A stretch of DNA of 60,437 bases, taken from NCBI GenBank assembly GCA_964442525.1, contig CAYTZO010000003.1:4721-65157 (forward strand), written 5' to 3'. Below the pieces are notes generated by a model. That model was not told the origin of the DNA, did not search any database, and saw only the letters and a program-made list of their open reading frames with translations. The stretch is from an uncultured Gammaproteobacteria bacterium (GTDB lineage Bacteria > Patescibacteriota > Microgenomatia > UBA10105 > UBA927). The first letter of the stretch is position 1. Every line of letters begins with the position of its first letter. The position numbers were made by a program, and so were the translations under genes. This document shows positions 55,577-60,437 of this stretch, piece after piece.

Positions 55577-57954
55577 ACGGCGACTAAAATTATTCCCGTT
55601 AGGCCTAGACTTATGATAGACACTTTTATGCCCAGTGCAAGTGAATCGGGAGTATAGACGAGATTAACCGTGTGATTTCCTTTGGGCACCCTCACGGCGC
55701 GGAAGGCATAGTCTGCCTTGTATATAGGGACAGGAGCGTTATCTACAAAAGCGCGCCAGCCGGGATAATACGTATCAGACAAGAACAGAAGCGCCTCCGT
55801 CACGGAGCTCGTTTTTATCTGTATGGCATTGGGTTGATACGAAAGCACCTGTACGCTTCCACCTGCAGAGACGGGGGGGTTAGGAAAATCCGTTTTCGAT
55901 ACTAAGACTTCTTTGGATGGATCAAAAGAGTCGTCAAAGAAGATCTTTGTAAAATCATTAGAATTTGCATACGTTTTTATCGTTGACGCCAGGAAAGCCC
56001 GCGGGGCCGCTTTGAGATTTTCATATACAACCCATCCATCCTGATTATAAATCGGTTTAAAACGGTCTGAAGGAAAGGTTATTGCCGTGCCTGCATTTTC
56101 TAGTCGGTCCAAAATGTACCGAACGCCCACGGCGTCGAGAACTTTGAGCCTATACGTGTTTTTTGGAAGGTCGTCGACGCCGAATCCCGGGGCAATAACG
56201 GCGTCTGAACGGGTGTTTGTAGTAAATTGCGTCAGAATGCTTCCCTGCCTGCTTGCAGACAAAAACTCGCCGTACCATCGGGGGTAGAGCGGATCGTAAC
56301 CGTCGGGAGAATACAGTTGAACTTGTGTCGCGAGGTTTGCCTCAACAGCAGCATTGCCATATCCCCAAAAACGATCAATACCCACTTTGGACTTTAAAAA
56401 GTTGATGATAGGCGCGGGCGGATAGACAAATGATGCTGGTACAAAAGGGTTAAATTTTTGGAAACCCATCCAAAGATCTCCTAGGTGGACGAAAAAGAGA
56501 ACAACGAGTGCAAAGGCCATACGTTTGGGACGGAGGATTGCTGCTGCAAAAGCTACTATGACCAACGACGAGATGGCAAATCCGTAAAGGCCTGCCCTAA
56601 GGGCAATATGAAATCTGTTTGGCCAAGGCGGAGGCACGAATTTTGTTCCTATGTAAAGGAGGAAGAAAAAGATAACAAAAAATCCGATAACAGTGATCGT
56701 GCGCCTCAGGAGTTTTGGGATGGAGTGATGCTCCGAAATCCATTCATCCACTCCGAAACCCGTGCCGATTGCGAGTAAAAAGCTCAACAAAAACATCATG
56801 AGTGTGGGATTGCTCGTTGACCAAAATGGGATTCTCGCTTGTGAAAGTACAAAACTTAGAGGGTTATTGGTAACAAGAAGGAAAAGCACTGCGATCGAAA
56901 TAAGAATGAATTTTATCAATGATTTGGATCGTAGCCTCCAAAGAGCGGGCAAAAAGAAAAGAGGGACAAGGCCAACGGAAGTAACCTTCGCAGCAAATGT
57001 ATCACTGGGCCAGTAGGAGCGTGTTGCTGGATTACCAAAGATATTAGGGAAGGCAAGCATCGCGAGTTGCCAAGGCTGGATCAGGAGTTTGGTCAACAAT
57101 TCCTGCGATGTATATGCACTTCTGGCAGAAAAACGTATCAGCTCGAAGCCGGGAATATATTGTATCGCCGCGATACCGATTGATAAGAGCGAGAAAAGAT
57201 TTATTGATAACGCCTCTTTCCAGGATCGGAATCGGACAAAACCATAAATCCAGGTGAATATCATCAGATAGCCAAAAAGCTGAGGATGTCCCGCCAGAGC
57301 TGAAGAGGTTAACGCAAAAAGATACAGAAGCAGCCATGGAGCGGATATCCGGTCTTTTAAAGTCTCGATAGCAAGGGCGACAAACGGAAGCCATGCCATA
57401 ACATGGCCGATGGAGTTGTATTCAACAATAACAGTCATTGCCGCACTGAAACCATAGGAAACTGCGGCAAACCAGGAAGCGATAGGACGAATACGAATTT
57501 TTCTTGCATAAAGATATGTAAACCAGATAGCTAGCATCGGCTGTAAGAACACGAGCACAGTCCACGCGGTGGTATCGGGTAAAAGAAGAAAGACAACGTT
57601 AGGCGGATAAAAGGGAGCAGACTGAAAGTTAGCAAGGAGCGGCGACCCAGAAAAATTATATGGGTTCCACAAGGGTAGCTGTTTTGTCTTAAGCTGGTTA
57701 ATAGAGAGCGTTTTCCACGGATACAACTGTCGGATGACATCGGGGTATTGTGCTTTATTTGGAATGGAGCCAGGGTTATATCCCCCATAGGAATAGGTGC
57801 GCCACGGTTTGTACTCGGCCAGAAGCAGGTCACCCGGGAATGGTATCAGCCCCAGGAGCGACTTATAAAAGAAAACGGCGGTTATCGCGATGCTTATAAA
57901 AAGCGACGATACTACCTCTTTTGCGGTTAAGCTAGGCGTTTGTTTCCGTACCAT
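55552..57954 (-). CDS. YfhO-like GT-C membrane protein, paralogue 4
   Basis: QLYPWKTLSINQLKTKQLPLWNPYNFSGSPLLANFQSAPFYPPN. C-terminal LSDTYYPGWRAFVDN..VPKGNHTVNLVY. ATG 57954 (MVRKQTPSL) preferred; the track ORF extends to 58143 inside the upstream gene. Confidence 0.72.
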   Translation of the reverse strand: MVRKQTPSLTAKEVVSSLFISIAITAVFFYKSLLGLIPFPGDLLLAEYKPWRTYSYGGYNPGSIPNKAQYPDVIRQLYPWKTLSINQLKTKQLPLWNPYNFSGSPLLANFQSAPFYPPNVVFLLLPDTTAWTVLVFLQPMLAIWFTYLYARKIRIRPIASWFAAVSYGFSAAMTVIVEYNSIGHVMAWLPFVALAIETLKDRISAPWLLLYLFALTSSALAGHPQLFGYLMIFTWIYGFVRFRSWKEALSINLFSLLSIGIAAIQYIPGFELIRFSARSAYTSQELLTKLLIQPWQLAMLAFPNIFGNPATRSYWPSDTFAAKVTSVGLVPLFFLPALWRLRSKSLIKFILISIAVLFLLVTNNPLSFVLSQARIPFWSTSNPTLMMFLLSFLLAIGTGFGVDEWISEHHSIPKLLRRTITVIGFFVIFFFLLYIGTKFVPPPWPNRFHIALRAGLYGFAISSLVIVAFAAAILRPKRMAFALVVLFFVHLGDLWMGFQKFNPFVPASFVYPPAPIINFLKSKVGIDRFWGYGNAAVEANLATQVQLYSPDGYDPLYPRWYGEFLSASRQGSILTQFTTNTRSDAVIAPGFGVDDLPKNTYRLKVLDAVGVRYILDRLENAGTAITFPSDRFKPIYNQDGWVVYENLKAAPRAFLASTIKTYANSNDFTKIFFDDSFDPSKEVLVSKTDFPNPPVSAGGSVQVLSYQPNAIQIKTSSVTEALLFLSDTYYPGWRAFVDNAPVPIYKADYAFRAVRVPKGNHTVNLVYTPDSLALGIKVSIISLGLTGIILVAVWKKQKTG

Positions 57955-59561
57955 AGACGTGATCCTACCAATACCAAAGCCGATATCACAGTGACAAGAT
58001 CGGATGCAAGCCGTATCGGACTTTCCGAAAAAACGGTTTTGACCATATGCGTTCCGGCAGGAATGGCAAAGGTAATGAGTCCACGATTGTTTGGATCCTG
58101 AAACTGGATGGGAACTTTTATGCCGTCCACGTAAACCCGCCATCCAGGATAGTACTGCGTATTGTCGACAAGCTTCGCCGGGGCGCTTGCAGTGACCATG
58201 AAAGAGTGCAGTTGCGTCTTTTTTACGAGATTGGAAATGGTAGCAGTCCCCTCAATGACGTCTATCCTATTTTTGGGAAAGCCCTTCGCGGGCCCGGCGG
58301 ACCAGATAAGATCAGTTTCACCAAAATAGGTAGTATTGAGAGGATAATTCCAAAAGTCTGATTCTTTTACTTGATCAAATCCCTGCGGCGGATACCAGTA
58401 GTAGGCAGTCGATGCGATAGTCAATATGATGAGTGTAAGATAAAGAAATTTATTCTTTAGAATGCCGACACCAACGAATGAGAGTGCCATGAACGAAGTT
58501 GTAAGGGTAGTAATCCCCAAAAGTCTCCAGGGAAACTGAAATTGCCGCAGGAGCGCAGTCCTTTCCCACAAAAATGTCGAGACCGGCTGCATCATAAAAA
58601 GTACGAGGATAGTTAAGACCAGAGAAAGGATGAGAAGAAGTCTCATAACGCGATTTTTTATCGATTTACGCAAAAGCACCACGCAGGTAAGCACCAGAGC
58701 AATGACGTGGAAAAGACCAAACTGAACGGAGACTTCACCAACCCGCAGACTCGCCCGGTCCGTAAGGTTCGGAATGAAAAAGTTAACGAGCGGCGGGAAG
58801 TATGCTTTATATAAATTGCGCATGAATAAATCGCCATACGTATACGAACGTTCGGCAAGAGCCGGAACCCAATAGAAAGCAGAGAGCGTCAGTCCCAGGA
58901 GAAGCGCCACGCCGATTGCCCAAAACGGTTTTTTCAACCCGGTCAAAGCGGCGGCATAGACGACTGCCAAGAGAAAAAAGACGAGACTCAGAGCATTATG
59001 AGAAATGATAAGAAGAGCAGTCGCTACAGACAAAAGCACTCCCGAAGAAATAACGGGGTTTTTGTGCATACGGGTTACTCCGTAAAGGACCAACGGCAAA
59101 AACGCGTAGGCATAGATGCTTCCGATACTTCCGCGCACAAGAATCTCTACGAGTCGGAAGGGCGCAAACTGATAAAAGACGGTGAGAAGAAAGGCTGTCT
59201 GTTTGTCACGAAATAGTTCTAGGGTAAACATATACATGAAAATTCCAGAAAGGAGAAAGCTAAGAAGAAGGAGGAGCTTGAATGAAACCACAAGACTTAT
59301 GCCGGAGAGCACAAGGAGTGACCCAATAACATATGGAGCGGGGTACATGAAGTTAAAAAGAGGCAGTCCATAGCCGTAGTTGAGGTCACCGGCCCACCGG
59401 ACCGGAATTTCTCCATCACGAAGAGCCTTAACGTAGGCAGCAATTCTGGGGAGATGCACACCTCCATCACTCGTATGCGGAAGATTAGGATTGAGGAAGA
59501 TGATCACGAAGGGAAGAACGGAAATTGCAAGGATCGCGATATAGTGCTTAAATGAGCTCAT
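57927..59561 (-). CDS. large membrane protein of the PTPS-related-like family, paralogue 4
   Basis: LPHTSDGGVHLPRIAAYVKALRDGEIPVRWAGDLNYGYGLPLFNFMYPAPY. C-terminal QYYPGWRVYVDG..IPAGTHMVKTVF plus a final TM helix. Confidence 0.55.
   Translation of the reverse strand: MSSFKHYIAILAISVLPFVIIFLNPNLPHTSDGGVHLPRIAAYVKALRDGEIPVRWAGDLNYGYGLPLFNFMYPAPYVIGSLLVLSGISLVVSFKLLLLLSFLLSGIFMYMFTLELFRDKQTAFLLTVFYQFAPFRLVEILVRGSIGSIYAYAFLPLVLYGVTRMHKNPVISSGVLLSVATALLIISHNALSLVFFLLAVVYAAALTGLKKPFWAIGVALLLGLTLSAFYWVPALAERSYTYGDLFMRNLYKAYFPPLVNFFIPNLTDRASLRVGEVSVQFGLFHVIALVLTCVVLLRKSIKNRVMRLLLILSLVLTILVLFMMQPVSTFLWERTALLRQFQFPWRLLGITTLTTSFMALSFVGVGILKNKFLYLTLIILTIASTAYYWYPPQGFDQVKESDFWNYPLNTTYFGETDLIWSAGPAKGFPKNRIDVIEGTATISNLVKKTQLHSFMVTASAPAKLVDNTQYYPGWRVYVDGIKVPIQFQDPNNRGLITFAIPAGTHMVKTVFSESPIRLASDLVTVISALVLVGSRLWYGNKRLA
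59525..59553 (+). promoter_or_regulatory. candidate promoter: TTGCAA, 17-nt spacer, TGC-TTAAAT (extended -10), embedded in the 5' coding region of the divergent gene
   Basis: -35 at 59525-59530 and extended -10 at 59545-59553. Six nt separate the -10 from ATG 59560. Confidence 0.4.
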
Positions 59562-60437
59562 GGCAAAGCGTATTAGGCCTTATTCGGAGAACAAACTTGT
59601 TTATTCCCAGATTATAGCACTCATCGGGGTACTGCTGGTGGCGGCGATTCTTCGTTTCTACAGAATCGCGGATCTCACGGAATTTCTTGGGGATCAGGGA
59701 AGGACCGGCATGGAAATACTCAGAGACTGGAGGGGAAGGACGCTCCCACTGGTTGGTCCCACCGTATTATCAGGCGAATATCTTGGTCCTGCATTTTATT
59801 ACATTATGGCTCCGGCATTTATTCTCGGCCGGTTTCATCCATTATCTGCGGCTCTCTGGACTGCAACGATCGGCGTTGCCGCCGTGGGAGTATTGTGGTG
59901 GATAGGCAAAGAACTTTGGGGGTGGCCCGCTGCTGCGATGGTTGCTTTCCTTTGGGCAGTGTCTCCTCAGATCGTTTCTTCAGACCGGGTGCTCTGGGAA
60001 CCCAATCTTATTCCGTTTTTTGCATTTTCCTTCGTATTGGGTGTACTGAAGATGCGAAAACGCGCTTCGTTTTTGTGGGGAGTCGTTACGGGGAGTGCGC
60101 TCGGCATAATAATTCAGCTCCAGTATCCTGCTTTTCTTTTTTTTGCTTTAACGTTGGTGGCGTTTATCGAAGTATGGTTGCGGGAAAAGAAGTTGTCCGG
60201 GGGTTTCGTTCGTGCGATTTTCGGATTGTTTACCGGCTTTATCATTGTTACGCTGCCGTTCGTGATTTATGAAAGCGCACGGGGATTCTCAGACATATTT
60301 TCGGTATTTGGGAACTTCCTCGCAGGCGGACAAGCGCCCCTCGCGAAGCGACAGATTCTTTCCAATATTCTTGACTACAGTAGTCGGGTGATGCGCCGAG
60401 TCGTTCCGTTCCCCGGCGGCTGGGAAACGGTATCGCT
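59560..60437 (+). CDS. GT-C membrane glycosyltransferase, ArnT/PMT_2-like, N-terminal part (3' end lies outside the window)
   Basis: This ORF is absent from the supplied track (no stop in the window). Frame 1 is open from ATG 59560 to the end: MAKRIRPYSENKLVYSQIIALIGVLLVAAILRFYRIADLTEFLGDQGRTGMEILRDW..LGPAFYYIMAP.. It is colinear with the N-terminus of the 27069 protein. Confidence 0.65.
   Translation, partial: MAKRIRPYSENKLVYSQIIALIGVLLVAAILRFYRIADLTEFLGDQGRTGMEILRDWRGRTLPLVGPTVLSGEYLGPAFYYIMAPAFILGRFHPLSAALWTATIGVAAVGVLWWIGKELWGWPAAAMVAFLWAVSPQIVSSDRVLWEPNLIPFFAFSFVLGVLKMRKRASFLWGVVTGSALGIIIQLQYPAFLFFALTLVAFIEVWLREKKLSGGFVRAIFGLFTGFIIVTLPFVIYESARGFSDIFSVFGNFLAGGQAPLAKRQILSNILDYSSRVMRRVVPFPGGWETVS

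Noticed and set aside
57955-58143. N-terminal extensions produced by the ORF caller: 57955-58143, 20871-20987, 22655-22762, 25880-25957, 28484-28627, 30536-30613, 39203-39289, 53908-53955, 5592-5636
   Set aside because: Each extension overlaps the preceding gene in another frame and lacks family-conserved sequence. Internal starts reproduce the canonical N-termini of the respective families and give short overlaps or gaps.
1-60437. UGA-recoded genetic code (code 25/4), considered because of the CPR-like gene content
   Set aside because: Conserved genes are intact under the standard code, TGA terminates several of them (secA, tsaC, ftsX, GT4 and others), and RF2 is present.
1-60437. Mobile elements, CRISPR arrays, diversity-generating retroelements and phage genes
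   Set aside because: I recognised no transposase, integrase, reverse transcriptase, Cas or phage structural signatures in any of the six-frame translations, and saw no long inverted or direct repeats by eye. A computational repeat search was not possible here.

Overview
This is a gene-dense 60.4-kb bacterial window with about 59 protein-coding genes. I saw no rRNA, tRNA, CRISPR array, transposase, integrase or reverse transcriptase by eye. All family calls come from motif recognition in the supplied translations; no database search was run. UGA is used as a stop codon (for example secA) and an RF2 gene is present, so the standard code 11 applies. The compact overlapping genes, a half-size TsaB, a lamin-tail-domain surface protein and dense arrays of polytopic glycosyltransferases suggest a Patescibacteria/CPR (Microgenomates-like) genome; this is inference only. 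The left third (1-20.9 kb) is mostly housekeeping: secA, a decayed BrnT/BrnA toxin-antitoxin pair, an OmpR/histidine-kinase pair with an ABC-2 exporter, a MacB-type ABC exporter with a HlyD adaptor, rnhB, a DsbA-like protein, ruvC, prfB, ftsE-ftsX with an M23 hydrolase, an LTD surface protein, tsaE-tsaC-tsaB and a CAP-domain protein. The right two thirds (20.9-60.4 kb) form one very large surface-glycan island. It encodes nucleotide-sugar genes (rmlA, rmlB, rmlD-like, ugd, a GMD-family enzyme), 8 cytoplasmic glycosyltransferases (three resemble polyprenyl-phosphate-sugar synthases, one fused to GtrA), a Wzx-like flippase, a methyltransferase and a HAD hydrolase. It also holds 14 large GT-C-type membrane proteins in four recurring paralogue families: 5 ArnT/PMT-like, 4 YfhO-like, 4 PTPS-related-like and 1 DUF2029-like. 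The most notable observations are this GT-C super-cluster and its shared C-terminal module, an apparently circularly permuted M23 peptidase downstream of ftsEX, -10 boxes abutting start codons without a Shine-Dalgarno site (possible leaderless transcripts), unusually long same-strand gene overlaps, and two divergent genes whose start codons overlap in a CATG.
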